NCBI RefSeq assembly: GCF_018977255.1
Contig: NW_024704742.1
Coordinates: forward strand, 59,832,001-59,896,000
Reading direction: 5' to 3'
DNA from: Callorhinchus milii
Taxonomy: Eukaryota
Length of the DNA stretch: 64,000 nucleotides
The translations under genes and the position numbers were made by a program. The notes under the pieces were generated by a model that worked only from the letters and a program-made list of their open reading frames with translations, made no database searches and was not told the DNA's origin. Below, one piece after another: positions 27,850 through 40,872 of this stretch; within the stretch, counting starts at the first letter, position 1; each line of letters opens with the position of its first letter.

Positions 27850-28222
27850 TTTAATCCTTGTGTTTTACATAGCACCTCATCACGTCTTTGAAAAGTTTCA
27901 AAGTGCGTCACAGAATTACTATAAAGTGAATTAATCTGTACATTTTGTGGGTGAAACGTAGTAACCAATTGTGTACGGCGATGTCACAAACTGTCATGGA
28001 TTGAGTGATCAAGTTATAATTTTTTTAAATTTTATTTTTGAAGGGATTATTACCCCTCAAAAAATGATCCACCAATCTAACAACCGGGTTCTCACTTACT
28101 GTTAGGTAAATGGAGGTGTGTGGAGTAAGGAAGCTTGCCTAATTTTTCGCCCTCCTCAAAATCAAACCCAGGTCCTCTCGCTTGTGAGGTGGGTGCTTTA
28201 ACCAATACGCTACAGGACTACT
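27850..28222 (-). mobile_element. tRNA-SINE family A, full length
   Basis: Reverse complement of the 25795-26167 type; head GTCCTGTAGCGTATTGGTTAAAGC..GGGTTTGATT. Confidence 0.88.
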
Positions 28223-29159
28223 GAATATCCCTCTGCACAAACCACAGAATCTCATTTTCCTTTTTAGTAGCGTTTTTCTTGCATCACTCTGATATTAAAG
28301 ATCTATGTACCTGCACTCACTGGATATCTCTGTTCCTCAACGTTATTAAGAATTGTACCATCTAGTTGAGACTTCTTTTCCACAAAATCTATTTCTTGAC
28401 ATTTCTCATCATTAAATAATCCATGCTAAACAGTCCATTCTTTCTATGAGCAAAGACCAAACTTTTACGTGAATCATTGCCAAAAATGAATTCAGCCAGA
28501 TGGGTTTCCCCACAATGCATCAAGCAGATCAGAATCCTCAGCAGTAGTGTTCACAAATAAAAGCAAAAAAGGGCCAATTTCCTTTAAATTATTTTAAGAG
28601 ACAGCGCAACTCACCAAGAAATTGTATTTGTTAGACGAGCAGGAGCTTTGTCTGGTGGAGGGGAAGAGATAAGTAGCACAACAGTTTGCATCCTTCTTGC
28701 TGGCAAGCCCAAACAGATTAAAATATAATTGCTCAGCTCTTCAGTCAGTATGGTTAATTATCTTTTTCATTGGATGAAGAGTGCACCTAGGAACTGTAAG
28801 GAAAATGATGATAGCTAATAGCAACAGAATTGCGCATTTGGCAACAACACATGAAAATAAAACTGGGAAAAATTCCATTCAAAGCAGTTAATAGAAGCTA
28901 TGCATTTAACTTTAATCAGCAAGAAGCATTTAAGGGCCATCACATTCGGGGAATAAAATAAACTACGTTGCAATGAGGAGGTGAAAATTGTGACTTGTGA
29001 TGTGAACTTTTACGAGTGCTATTCATCACAATGAGGAAAATTGCAGTTAAATCAGTTGATAATTTAATGTTGATAATGAATGGAGACCTATACCCCACCT
29101 ATCCTCCCACCTTACTCAGCTTTCCATAACAGATTCAATTATACACAGGTGGGAGATAA

Positions 29160-29425
29160 GCCTGGTCTCCATGGGGTTGAGCTGGCTCCAAAATAAAGTA
29201 CTTGGCATTGGAATATCAGAATTGAAGCAACCCTCTGTGTTTCTCTCATTAGTCAAGTGACTGAGGCAAGCAGGTACGCTGTACTCCAGGACATTGCTGA
29301 TGACAAGTGAGGCAGCCTGACTCATCAGTAGGACTTGGAGGTACACACTGGTTATTGGGAACAGGAATTTATCCCAGTCAGCCCCTGTTAACCCTGCGAG
29401 CTAAAGCCCTAATGGGTAGAAGGAG
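29160..29425 (+). repeat. Unclassified repeat 'X', copy C
   Basis: GCTGATGACAAG..CTCATCAGTAGGAC..TGGGAACAGGAATTTATCCCAGTCAGCCCCTGTTAACC..AAAGCCCTAATGGGTA is colinear with 53248-53372 and with the reverse complement of 1390-1640. Confidence 0.8.
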
Positions 29426-30209
29426 TAGAAAGTGTGCCAGACAGTGTTCTGAATGACAAACAATCAATTCTAGCTGGTACCCCAATCTCCAGCTCCCACT
29501 TCATGCTAATACTATCCAGAATTAAGTAAACAGGATGCATCACTCCAGGGCGACCATGCTTATTCCATTCAAAGAAACACAGGGAAATGTCCATGTATAT
29601 CTGGTGTACATATATAGAAATCTCAATCTGGTTTAAACACTTTTAAGCATATTGATTGGGTGTTTGCATGTGTCACACACCGGCTGACCAAGTAAATAAC
29701 AGATTCAATCTGATAATTATCACATCAAATCTCTCATGAAACAGTGCAACTTTAATTCCCTACCCCATGCAAATAAAGTGCAGTTTGCGCTCTATGTATA
29801 ATTTGCAAAATGATATTGTGCAGCTCTCTTTTACCATAACACTCTTTGATAAACCACATTATTCTGCTATAATACACACAATCTACATCAGAATTCCAAT
29901 CGCGTCTGAGGCTACATCAAGCATCTTACATGCTTCCTTAGGGCAACTTTACAAGGGTCTAACTTAGTTTGAGTGAAACAAGGACAAGGTTCTACACAGC
30001 ACATTACATGACATATTCCATGATGAAAATACATGCATCTCAAGAAAATAAATTGGGCAAAGTACAGTTAACATTGCTTTGTTAAGGTTAAATAAGAGCA
30101 TCTGGTAGGATGAAATACTCCAGGTATACATGCGTAACTTTGTTTTGGTTTCACTGAACAGTAATCCAAAACGCAAACCATGACTGATTCCTCCCACTTA
30201 ACACAGTAG

Positions 30210-30580
30210 TTCTGAGTTCAATTGTCTTTCCCATATTGCTCCCGGCTGAGATCACCTTATGGCACTGAAGTTAAATATTAGAGGTTTCAGGGTCTGCTTG
30301 ACTCAGTCTAACACAACGCAAGTGGCTTTACAACAAGAGTAATTGAGGTAATGTTTCCAATATAGAACTTACACTGCACATCAAATTGGCATGTGGTTGA
30401 GAGCGAAGATCAGACTAGGCTTGGGCTGTATGCCCCACCCCCACCCACACACCCACACCATAACAGATACTGCCAAAACTCACTATTAATTCCATCCGTG
30501 AAGAATTGCCACTTGGGAGAGAGGTTGAAGGGTAATAGTCAACCCTGCCATGGCTTGCCTTCAGGAAAGGAAGGCAAATT
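30210..30580. mobile_element. Possible old shark-type SINE, 5' and 3' parts apparently in opposite orientation
   Basis: Recalled similarity only (CTTGGGCTGTATGCCCC..CTCACT..GTGAAGAATTGCCACTTGGG; reverse complement TGATCTCAGCCGGG); no second copy in the window. Confidence 0.35.
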
Positions 30581-30837
30581 ATAATACTTAAATAAACAAA
30601 AACATAGCTTTTTCCCTTAGTCCCAGCACAGGGACTATTGTGTTCTTGGTTTACAGTTTTTCTATATAACTTTTATTCTTTTTTTCAAAACAGGAATTAT
30701 TTTGAAAGAGTTAAAGCATTAAGCTATTGACGTGAGTCTGATTCATATGTTCTATACCTGGGTCATGGAGGGTAGTGGACGTGGTGTGGTGGGTGTGGAA
30801 GCAAAGGAGTGAGTGCAATCGATCTGCACCAGATTTA

Positions 30838-31162
30838 TGACTTTCAATTTCAAGATCCTCACAATCCTGTTCAAATCCATTCAGTCCCTGGCACCTCCCT
30901 ACCTCTCCGACTTCCTTACTCTCCACTCCACCATCCAGCGCCTCTGCTCGACTCACACCGGCCTCTTGCTTGTCCCTTAATCGCTCCACGTTGCCCCCTC
31001 TCTCCCCTCTTTCAAGTCCCGCCTGAAAACTTTCGTCTTTGACCATGCTTACGGCCATCTCCCCTCTTCCCCCGGCTCAGAGTCAGGCTCCGCCAATGTT
31101 AAGCACTCTGAGATGCTACCCTACGTGGAGGGCGCTATATAAGTGCAAGTTTTTGTTTTTGT
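30838..31162 (+). mobile_element. L2 3' fragment
   Basis: QFQDPHNP reading, i.e. TTCAAGATCCTC..CCTGGCACCTCCCTACCTC; tail GGGCGCTATATAAGTGCAAGTTTTTGTTTTTG. Confidence 0.85.
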
Positions 31163-32214
31163 TGAGTGGGAAGAGTAGTTTTAATTTTACTGGAGGTTTG
31201 ATATTATTATCAGTTATACTCATATATCTCTGGTACAGTGTACGTAATTTCATTAAACTCTGGCCACACTTTTTTTGCAATGCTTTGTACTGATACAGCT
31301 GGCTCTGAAATGCACGTTCAGTTGATATTTGGCCCAAGCTTCAATTGAATATTGACTTGTCTGTGTGCTAAGACGGTCGGTTAGTGAGTGCAGGTAAATG
31401 GGCTAAGTGGAAAGAGGACATCCACTCGCAAATCCACAGCATCTCCTAGTGGCTGACACAGAAAGCGCCATGGTGAGGTGATGTGAATCAGGGAAGGACA
31501 ACCGGCAATCGATCTGCACCAGATTTACTGATAAAAGCCTGTAGTTTTAATAGAAAAGCAACAAAAAGATTTTATTTTTTCTTTAAAAGTAAAATTGTAA
31601 AGCAGGTCAAACCACCTGAAGGAGTAAACAAGGTTGCTGGTATCCAATTTGGGCCACTTCTTTGCAGGATTCCTTGTTAAGGATTACAGAATTCCAGTCA
31701 ATCTGCTTGTACAATCAGGAAGCAAATTGTATCGAAGTGACATTCTGTGGGTCGGTACAATGTACTTCTGGTTATTCCCAGCAGACTTACTTTAAATAAA
31801 ACCTAATCCTTCTGCCGTGACTACCCCCCCCCCCCCCCCCCCACCACGATGAAGAGTCACCACCAAATTATCAACCTAATATTGCCTTCCTGTTTTAGAA
31901 TGACGATTGACTTCCTATTTAATTTGGGGTTTTTAACATTGTTTTACTTCTCCCCTTTTGTCAACTCCTTTCTCTCTCTTCTTTGGTCAATTTTATTATC
32001 TCTCTGTGTTTTCGTCCATGCTATTGTATAAAGAGAGGAAAGCCAGGGATGCACTTGCGTCTGAGAAAACCAGTCACTAGGATGCGGTACAGAAAAACAT
32101 CTAACAAAGACCTTCCTCTGTTTAGGAGAATACATCTGCTGTGACAGTAGATTTTAATTTAGTAACATCAAAAATGCAGACTCATACCCTGTCTTCCCAT
32201 GACATTAAGCTCAT

Positions 32215-32532
32215 AGTCTGAGACCCCATTCGAGCATGGGGGAAGTCCTGTATTTTCAGATGTACTGTTCCTTGCATGAGATGTTAAACTGAGTTCCCAT
32301 CTGCCCATTTCATTGGATGGTAAAGAAACAACTATTCAAAATAAGAAGGGAATTTATCCCAGTAGGGTGGCCAACAATCCTCCAGGTACATTGATGATTC
32401 ACCTCCTGGCTGTTTGTGGGGACATTGCTGTGTTCACATTGCTGACATATACACAGTCAAAACACATAACTTTTTTTGAAAGGTTTCAATGCAACAGTGT
32501 AGGTGATATTCAAATGCAAGGATTATTATTAT
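32215..32532 (+). mobile_element. Deu-domain SINE family B, degenerate
   Basis: ATGAGATGTTAAACTGAG..CTGTTTGTGGGGACATTGCTGTG..CAAATGCAAGGATTATTATT. Confidence 0.7.
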
Positions 32533-33029
32533 GGAGTGCAGAGTCCTAACCAGCTATTATTGAAGCTCCAGTTAGTGAATTCAGCATTAAATGGCTTATG
32601 GTGAGTGTCATAGTTTGGTCTGCAGGATGGTGACAATGCTCACACAAGCTTTATCTATGGATGGCTTGATCACTGTACAGCCTGGTAACAGTTCCTAGTA
32701 TGTCATGCTTTCACCAAAAGCTCAAACATGTCTTTGCCAACTGTCTCATGGCCAACTCGATAAGCAGACATGTTATTTGGAGACCGGAGTCTTCCTGATT
32801 AGCTCCTAATGGCCCTGTAGTCAATACATTGGAAGGCCCAAAGGAAGTTTCAGTAACAAGTATGGATTTATATACTTCAAATCTAGCAGGACCTCAATGA
32901 GCATTTTATGACCAACTGTCAACATGTGCCTGAGTTTTTTTGACCATTGGCAAATGGTGTCTATCCCCTGAGAGAGAAATTGTGTACTTCAGAATCATGT
33001 TACAAAAATTGTGTTGCTGTGAATTTTTG

Positions 33030-33236
33030 TAGCTGGAATTAGAAATGAGGTCCCGTCTGGCTGTTGGGGTGTACATTAAAAATCCCATGGCACTATTCAA
33101 AAAGAGAAGCAATTTTCTCCCAGTGTCCTGGTCAATTAGGAAAGTGGGAGAGACTTCTTTCTCTTTTCGAATAATACCACGGGATCTTTAAAACTAGCTG
33201 AACAGCCAGACAAAACCTCATTTCTAATTCCAGCTA
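33030..33236. repeat. Long inverted repeat (fold-back) built from two Deu-domain halves
   Basis: 33030-33050 TAGCTGGAATTAGAAATGAGG is the exact reverse complement of 33216-33236; ~70 bp further imperfect pairing inside; ~22-nt loop. Confidence 0.9.
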
Positions 33237-33989
33237 TAGTTTCTGTGTGCAAATTATCTGCCACTTTTGCCGACAAAATACAGTCACTCCACTTTACAGT
33301 AAATCCTGGGCAGCTTACAGTGCAATCAAATGCAATTAAATGAAAGGATTTTTTATTATCAGAGAATATTAAGCAAAGTTATATTCTTCCCTATGTCAGT
33401 TTGATCAACAAAATATAATTTTGAGTGGTTTTCAGTTTAAACAACTACAGTCAGCAAGTTATTCAGTATTATTTTTCTATGAAATATGTGCATCATTTAA
33501 ATTATAGGCATATCAAGTTTGATTAGATACACTTAATGTATTTATACATTCCACACAGGGACTTCTGAATAATCCACTGCCAGTTTTGTTCCACAACTAT
33601 TTTCCACCTCTCTAGGCAATGTTTTCAGCAGCGTTGAACATTACATTCTAAGGGGCACACAATAAATGGCCCATCTCTAGTCAGGCAGTTTCTGAAAAGA
33701 TAGTCAAGATGGAAACTAATATTGTGCACAAGTGCTTCTTCGAGACTGGAGTTTATAACGAATTACAAGTAATGTTCAACTTGCAGATTCCCACACGTTC
33801 TGCTGAATGGAAAATAGTGTGATTCACAGAGCCACTTAATCTGTTAACACAATTACAATTCTGAGCAGGAAATAGGTAGTGCAGAGGAGATCAATGAGGA
33901 TGATCCCAGTGATAGCGAGCTGAGCTACAAGCAACAATTAGACAAGCGAGTCTTGAGAAGATGCCGTTACAGAGATGTACAAAATTTTA

Positions 33990-34290
33990 AATAGGATTTA
34001 AAAAGTAAACCCAGAACAATACTTTAAGAAGCATTAAGACAGTAGAACAAGAGGGCATAGGTTTAGAGTTGCAAACGATAATCTCAGGATATACACCAGA
34101 TTTTTCTTTCCCCAGAGGGTAATTAACAACTGGAACAAATTGCCAACAATGGTTGGCTGAGGCCAGCACATGGACTCATTGAATAAAGGATTAATTCTCT
34201 GATGGGAGGATTTTACGGTGTTCTAGAAGGATGAGAGGAGATGGGTGAAGGGCCTCCTTCATCTGAACTAATCTTGTGATCTTATGATAT
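33990..34290 (+). mobile_element. CR1-type LINE 3' end, degenerate
   Basis: ACAAGAGGGCATAGGTTTAGA..TTCCCCAGAGGGTAATTAACAACTGGAAC (TRGH..F.QRV.N.WN motif); similar to 48770-48860 plus 49530-49700. Confidence 0.75.
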
Positions 34291-34334
34291 GAAACCAAAG
34301 AAAAACTTCTAATTTTATTAAATACTCAATGTTG

Positions 34335-34400
34335 TATGTGCGTGTGTATGTGGGTGCAGGTGTGTGTGTGAATGTGTGTGTGTGTGAATGTGTGTGTGTG
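34335..34400. repeat. (TG)n microsatellite, interrupted
   Basis: GTGTGTGTGAATGTGTGTG runs. Confidence 0.9.
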
Positions 34401-36162
34401 GAGGGGGAGAGCGGGTTCTTTCCTCATACAATACTTATTTTAAAAAAGTATTTGAAAAGGTTCCTTTCCCCCATCCTGACTGCCATAATCTATCTATTTG
34501 ACAAAAACTGCAGTGCTCAACTGGCTGCTGTGTTTTGTCCAAAAAATATACAGCCAATTTCCTTTACAGTACATTCTGTGAAGCACTTTGAGACGTCTCA
34601 AAGACTTGATAAGGTGCTAGTTCAAATGCAAGGATTATTAAAAAGGCAAAGTGGCTTCAACGTGAAGCATCCACAGTCGATGTGGCACATTTGCTTAGTA
34701 CTTTTGGCTCTGAAAACAGTCATCGGAAGATTGATTCACATTCCTAATTGCTGTTGTGAAGATGCCTTCTTGTTGGCTGAACAGATAGTTCAGACTGACA
34801 GAAGAAGAGTTTTCATTCAGGTCTGTAATCTACAGTGGTGGTGAACGATTTATCATTCCATTTATCAATGATTGACCAAAAGCAGAACCTTTGTTTTAAT
34901 GTGAATGGTTATATTTCTTCCTGTCAAATATTTGGACACTTGTAAAAGTTCTTTGTCCGTGTGGTAGCTTGGTTCAATTAATGCACAAATGCTGGATTTG
35001 TGCCATGACATTTCAACATCCACACTTTTCAACGGAGTTGCTGCATGACAGTCAAACAATTTTGCCCCACCCCCAGATAAAGTTGGTCATTCACTTCATG
35101 GCTGTTTGTGGACACTGCTGTGTGCATATGAGCTCCTGTGTTTGCCTACAAATACATAGTCGCAAATTCACTTCGAATTAAAATCCTGCGAAACAATTTG
35201 AGATGTCCTCCAGACGTGAAAGGCTTTATACCAAAGCAAGGATTATTATTTTATTATCTATGATTCCGTAGGAATTTCACCGTTTCCATCCTTCATGTGT
35301 GTGTCTAGTGAATCATCTCAGAAATTTGCCCCAAATATACACGTTTCAATAAATATGTGTAGGATGAAAATTGGTAGGTGAACTTTCCATTCCCTAATTC
35401 CTCCCATTCCCCCATACAGGATTCTCAAAGATCAGCTAATTGAATGAAGTTTGCGGATGGAATCCTAACTGTATGACTCAGTTTGACAGCAGGTACTAAG
35501 TTCAATTACCCATTGAGTCACAGGAAATCTCTGCTGTCATGTATTTTAATTTGTCCAAGAAAATGCACCTTTCCTTTACCAATTGAGATGCATGAGTTTT
35601 TGTTTCCTTGCAGTTGAATACTCTTGGTGAGATTTGTCCTTATTTCTGAAACATGCTTTTTCATTGTCCCTGAGAGGATATGTTCAACTGCTGCGCTTAT
35701 TTCAGAATGAATCATTCTCAATGGAGTCCATCCATTGCTGTAAGTTTATTTTAGCTGACGCCCTCAAATTGCGTACACAGGAAAAAGTGCATCTTCACTC
35801 ATGGAATAATAAAGTCAAATTATTTTTGAAGAGCTCACATGTGAATAATGAAGGCTCCTGCACAGTATGGTAACAGCTTTTCAATGGAATTCATCATAAA
35901 ATATCTGAAAATGACAAATTGTACAGCAGTCTTTGTGGATGAAAAATGGAAAACAAGAGTGCATGAACAGTGGGGATTTGGCCTTCAACTGATTATATTG
36001 TTTTTGTGTTGGAGTAGGGGAAATGTAAGAAATTGAGCAACAGAGTGCAATTTTTAAAACAGTATGAAGAGAATGTCTCACAAGAGAGGGTCAAATCTAA
36101 AATAATTATTATTCTCAATGCTGAGTATGCAGGTGGTCTTGTAGACAGGCTTCAATGCAAGT

Positions 36163-36547
36163 TATAATAATCCTTCATTTGACATAGCACCTCATCACAT
36201 TTTCAAAACGTCTCAAAGCGCTTTATAGAATACACTGTAAAGTGAATTGACAGTATATTGTGTGGGCAAAACATGGCAGCCAATTGCGTACAGCAGTGTC
36301 CCACAAACAGTCATGGATTGAGTGAACAAATTATTGTTATTAATATTATTATTTTTGAAGGGATTATTTTGTCCGGAAAAGCAATCCGCCAAAGGAACAA
36401 CGGGGCTTCCTTTTTACTGCTAGGTAAACCGATGCGTGTGGAGTACGGAAACTTGCCAAACATTTTGCCCTGCCAGGAATCAAACCCAGATCCTCTCACT
36501 TGCAAGACGAGGTGAGTGCTACATCCAATAAGCTACAGGACTCCACG
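36163..36547 (-). mobile_element. tRNA-SINE family A, full length
   Basis: Head GTGGAGTCCTGTAGCTTATTGG..GGGTTTGATTCCTGG, family core and tail. Confidence 0.9.
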
Positions 36548-36984
36548 TTACGCTAATAGCATCCATTTATACTGCTTCACCAATCTTGCAACTATACATT
36601 TTGGGAATGCACTGAGTATAGTGGTTTGATGCACAGTTTGTAGCACACTAATGATTGTTCAGCAATTCGACCCTTTCATGGACTCATTATGACACTTACG
36701 AGTTTGGAGGTTGTGAATTCTACTGAAACGTTTTACAAAAACAAATTCTGAAAAGGGTTCAACTCCAGTCCCTGCTGCGACAGTGAACTAATAACAGACA
36801 AAGTTAGATACCAGTACCAAATCATTCTAATCTCCATTGTATTTTGCTGAAAAGCAAACTCCGCAGAATAGGCTTAAACTGACTGCCTCAACTTTTGAAT
36901 GTACTCCTCACTGGTCAGCCCAGGTTCACTGTCTACAAAGTCCAGCTTATTTAAAACTCTGCAACTACGTTCATCCCCCAAACC

Positions 36985-37200
36985 TCATCAGGCTCCACTG
37001 GCTCCCGGTCTTTGAGATAATTGATTTCAAGATCCTCGCTCTTCACACCCACGCACCTCCCTACCTCTCTGACATGCTTGTCCCCCGCTCCTTTGCCCAC
37101 TCCTACACTCAACTGGCACAGGCCTGCTGCATGTCCCCTGATATCTTTGGCCACAATGATTGTGTTTTCAGCTACTATTCTCCTGTCCTCTGGAACTACC
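36985..37200 (+). mobile_element. L2 fragment
   Basis: RLHWLPVFEIIDFKIL..APPYLSDML..FSYYSPVLWN within ORF 36837..37256. Confidence 0.8.
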
Positions 37201-38117
37201 TATATAGCACCTATAAGGTTGAGAATGTTTTAAGGTGCTTTAATAAGTTTCTTTGACATGACAGCATTATGTTGGAGTGTCAACATAGACCTCCAATATC
37301 GAGTTGAATGCCACACATTTTTTACCCAGAGACAAGAATGCTGCCAACTGAGCCAGTTTAACAGACAAACCATTAATATGGCCAATAGATGATGAGACTA
37401 CGATTTCATAGAGACCTGAACTACTTGGAGTGAGGCTACAATCCCGACAAGAAGTTTGAGTGTATATCACAGTGCAGCATTTTATCCATTGTACCAGAAG
37501 ACATCCCAATTCAAAAGTATTAGACTAAGAAAAATGTGCTTTCAAAACAACCCATCAACACTACATTTTCTTTTGATCATTTGCACCATGGGTAGATCAG
37601 TCAGACAATGCTTTGCACACTTCACACTGAAACATAACAACAACAAGAACTTGCATATATATAGCGCACATCAACGAGACAGCGTCTCGAAGTGCTTAGA
37701 ATAGAACATTTGAAGCCACTGAGTTTTGATTTCAGAAAGAAGATGAAATTATAATATAGTCTAGAGATGTGGGAGATAGACTTTAGTTTTGAGACAGAAT
37801 CAAAACGGAAGCCAAGTAAATGAACTGCCTTGGTGCCAAAATGTCAATGCAGACTTGCTCCGCACACTGTTGTACTGGAGGTAAGAGACAGGGTATGGAG
37901 TATTATGTGCAAAGAGAGAATTGCCGTCCCTAGCCCTCAGTGTACTTTGTGCAGCCTATGAGTCCATCGCCTGCCTGAGACAATCAGCAGAAGAAGCAAT
38001 TAAAATGATGAACATTTTACAACTAAAGAAAGTACAAAGCTGTCATCTCTTCTGGTCTATTTTTCCAGATACAAATGAATATGTTTTATTGACTGCTCAT
38101 ACAAATAATTCTTGAAA

Positions 38118-38405
38118 TACAACACAACTTAGATAGCGTCTTTCACATTGGAGAATGCCTCAAAGTGCTTGATATTGTTGGCTAGGATGGCAGGGGTGAA
38201 GAAGGGTGTTTGAAGGCATGGTCGAAGAGGAAGGTGTTGAGATGGGTCTTGAAGGTGGCTAGGGAGGGAGGAGGTGGAGGGATTGTGGGATAGAGTTCCA
38301 GAGGATGGGGGCAGAGTGGAAGAAGGTCCGCCTGCAGATGGTGGGATGGGCGAGGCAGGGAACGTGAAGCAGGCTGGAGCCTGCTGAGCAGAGGGAGCGA
38401 ACTTT
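38118..38405 (-). mobile_element. L2 3' end
   Basis: SLATFKTHLNTFLFDHAF in ORF 38182..38559; tail GTGAAAGACGCTATCTAAGTTGTG. Confidence 0.8.
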
Positions 38406-40049
38406 GAAAAAGGGAAAGGAGGAAGCAAATCTGGGATTGCGTTCTAAAGAATGGCTTAAAGCCCGCCTCCAATGGGGTGGATAGGGTAGGAGATGTTAAG
38501 CAGATGTTAAGCCTGCTAAGAGATGAGAGGAAATCACAGAGGTAGAAATCTAACCCCATTGCTCCATGAATAAGATGAAAACAATGTTAAGTTTACATTT
38601 CAACAAATTTCTACTCCCAGTTTGATTACAATGGGATTTAATTTCTGTTATTCATTCATTGGATTCCTTAGTATAAAATTTGTATTCTATGAATGCAGGT
38701 TCCTTCCATTTGCTGCTATTAACTGTTACCAAGCAGTGCATCCTTACTCTAAGTAGTGCAGGTGTCCATGAAATGATTGTCTTATTATCTAATGATAGTT
38801 TAATGGTTTTTGATTCCCCCTCCCCAATATCTGATGGGAAAGCCACACCTGCAGGAATCTTGGTCAACAGTCTCCCAAATAAAATTAGTTACTCACTCCA
38901 CAGCTGTTTGTGGGACATTGTTGTGTGCAAATGTAAATATATTTCCAGTGTAAATTATAAATATAATATAAATTGGCTGCCATTTTTCACCCACAAAACA
39001 CACACTTTACAGTATATCCTGTGAAGCGCTTTGAGATGCCTCAGCAACGTGATGAGGTGTTATATCAAACACAAGGATTATTATTATTTGTTCTTTCTGG
39101 ATCCCTAAATAGTCACGAAGTTACATTACCTTTGCCTTAAACTTGCCCCTTTCCTCTTAATAGTATTTACTTAGTGTCTCAGACTTTATATGCATGATAG
39201 TTTCCTCCAAAACCATTTAAATCGCTTTATTGTCTTGCCCTACCCTACCACTGAAACCTACATTCCCCTTACCAATCCAACCATTTCCTTAACGTGGATG
39301 ACACTAGCCAACTCCTAACTTATTGTGTGACTTAGTGTGGCACTAAACCAATTCAACAGCCACTATATCATCTTTAATTCATAACACTTCTATTTCTGTA
39401 CTTTGCAACCTTATTTACCACCAGCAGAACAGTGAGAGAAATAGTTCCTACCCCACGCTACTTTACAGCCATCAGTTGTCTGCAGAGCCGGTTGAAAGTC
39501 AATTTAATTTAAATGTTATTACAATGCAATCATATTATTTCTCCCTCAAACTCATTTTTAGTGACTGGACAAGATTCTGTCAAACACTGATCCACAGACC
39601 AATTAAGCATCCACTGCACCTGCCAGCAATTTAGTGAATTGCTTAGAAATGTCTAAGTGGATTGTAGACTTGGGTTAAAATGCAAACATCACTTTGCATT
39701 ATCAGAAAAAAAATCACTTGTCTGCTTTGCTTTCCTCAATATTGCGCTGCATTTGAATGCTGGACTTTGTACTTCTATGATCTAGATTAAATGTAAATTC
39801 TTTACAATCCAGCTTCATTTTTTTGAAGCACTGTCGAAACCATTTCCACTGGTTGGTAAAGATACCAACATTAACAAAGTGTGCTTCTTCTCTAACCATT
39901 GCAAGCACTCACTAGCATCAACTCTTTTACCAATCTGCAGATTCTTATCCCACTAGATTTATCAGCAAGTGAAAGGAAATACATATATTGAAAATATCAC
40001 CTGGAGCCCCAAGCCTTGCCTATTGCCAACCTTTAGGGTGAGTCAGTGA

Positions 40050-40335
40050 CTAAAGAACATTAATTTAGGATAGTTATCCTCCAAGCGAATGAGAAGGTTA
40101 GAATTTTGTTTCACATACAAAGTATTTAGGTTACAGAATGCCGTGCTGGGAGCGATGGTTGAGGAAGAATGCATATTAGCTTTCAAAAGGGAACTAGATA
40201 CATATTTAAAAAGGAATAAATTACAGGAGTATGGGGAAACGGCAGGTAAATGGACTGAAATGTTTCTCTTAAAAGAGACAGCACAGAAATAATGGACCAA
40301 ATGGCCTTCTTCTATATTGTGAATCTCTACGGTTC
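40050..40335 (+). mobile_element. CR1 LINE 3' end
   Basis: ORF ..AFKRELDTYLKRNKLQEYGETAGKW; 3'UTR ATGGACCAAATGGCCTTCTTCT. Confidence 0.85.
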
Positions 40336-40711
40336 AAGGTAAACACAGTGTGTCCCTTCTGAGATCGCGCAATACCATTCCAGGCAAACAGAAACTATGG
40401 GCACGTGTATTTTCAGTAGCTTAGTTGGAGATTTAAACATAGTGATGGTTATCTTTGTGCCTAGACATTCAGTTAACCAAAAAATCATACTTGTGGTCTG
40501 TAATTATACATTTTCCCCTAACATCAGATCTGGACTCATGTCAAGATGACAGAAAAGACCTTAAATTTTTCTATCTGTTTAGGTAACCTTGATGTCCTAA
40601 ATCAAAATGTAGCAGATCTCTGAATCCTGTGAGGTACTCAAGGTACTTCAACAAGAATGTGGGCCGAGGGCAATTAATAACTGAGCTACTGCAAAGAGGC
40701 AGATAATGAGG

Positions 40712-40872
40712 ATAATAATAATAGTAATCCTTGCATTTGTTATAGCACCCTAACATGTCGTTGAGACATCTCACAGTGCTTCACAGAATATATTGTAAAG
40801 TGCAGTGACTGTATGTTTTGTGGGCGATATAGGGCAGCCAATTGCGCAAAGCAGTGTCCCACAAACAATCGC
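40712..40872 (-). mobile_element. SINE family A 3' half
   Basis: ATAATAATAGTAATCCTTGCATTTG..GGCAGCCAATTGCGCAAAGCAGTGTCCCACAAAC. Confidence 0.85.

Noticed and set aside
29116..29346. Repeat X as an RTE-LINE C-terminus (MPSTLFWSQL vs LPKQLFYSQL)
   Set aside because: The diagnostic RW.GHV motif is absent and the other copies do not strengthen the match
31824..31842. Poly-C tract as a functional G-quadruplex
   Set aside because: Simple homopolymer with unreliable length and no other support
34329..34844. 171-aa ORF
   Set aside because: Made of a (TG)n microsatellite, a SINE tail and unique sequence; chance ORF
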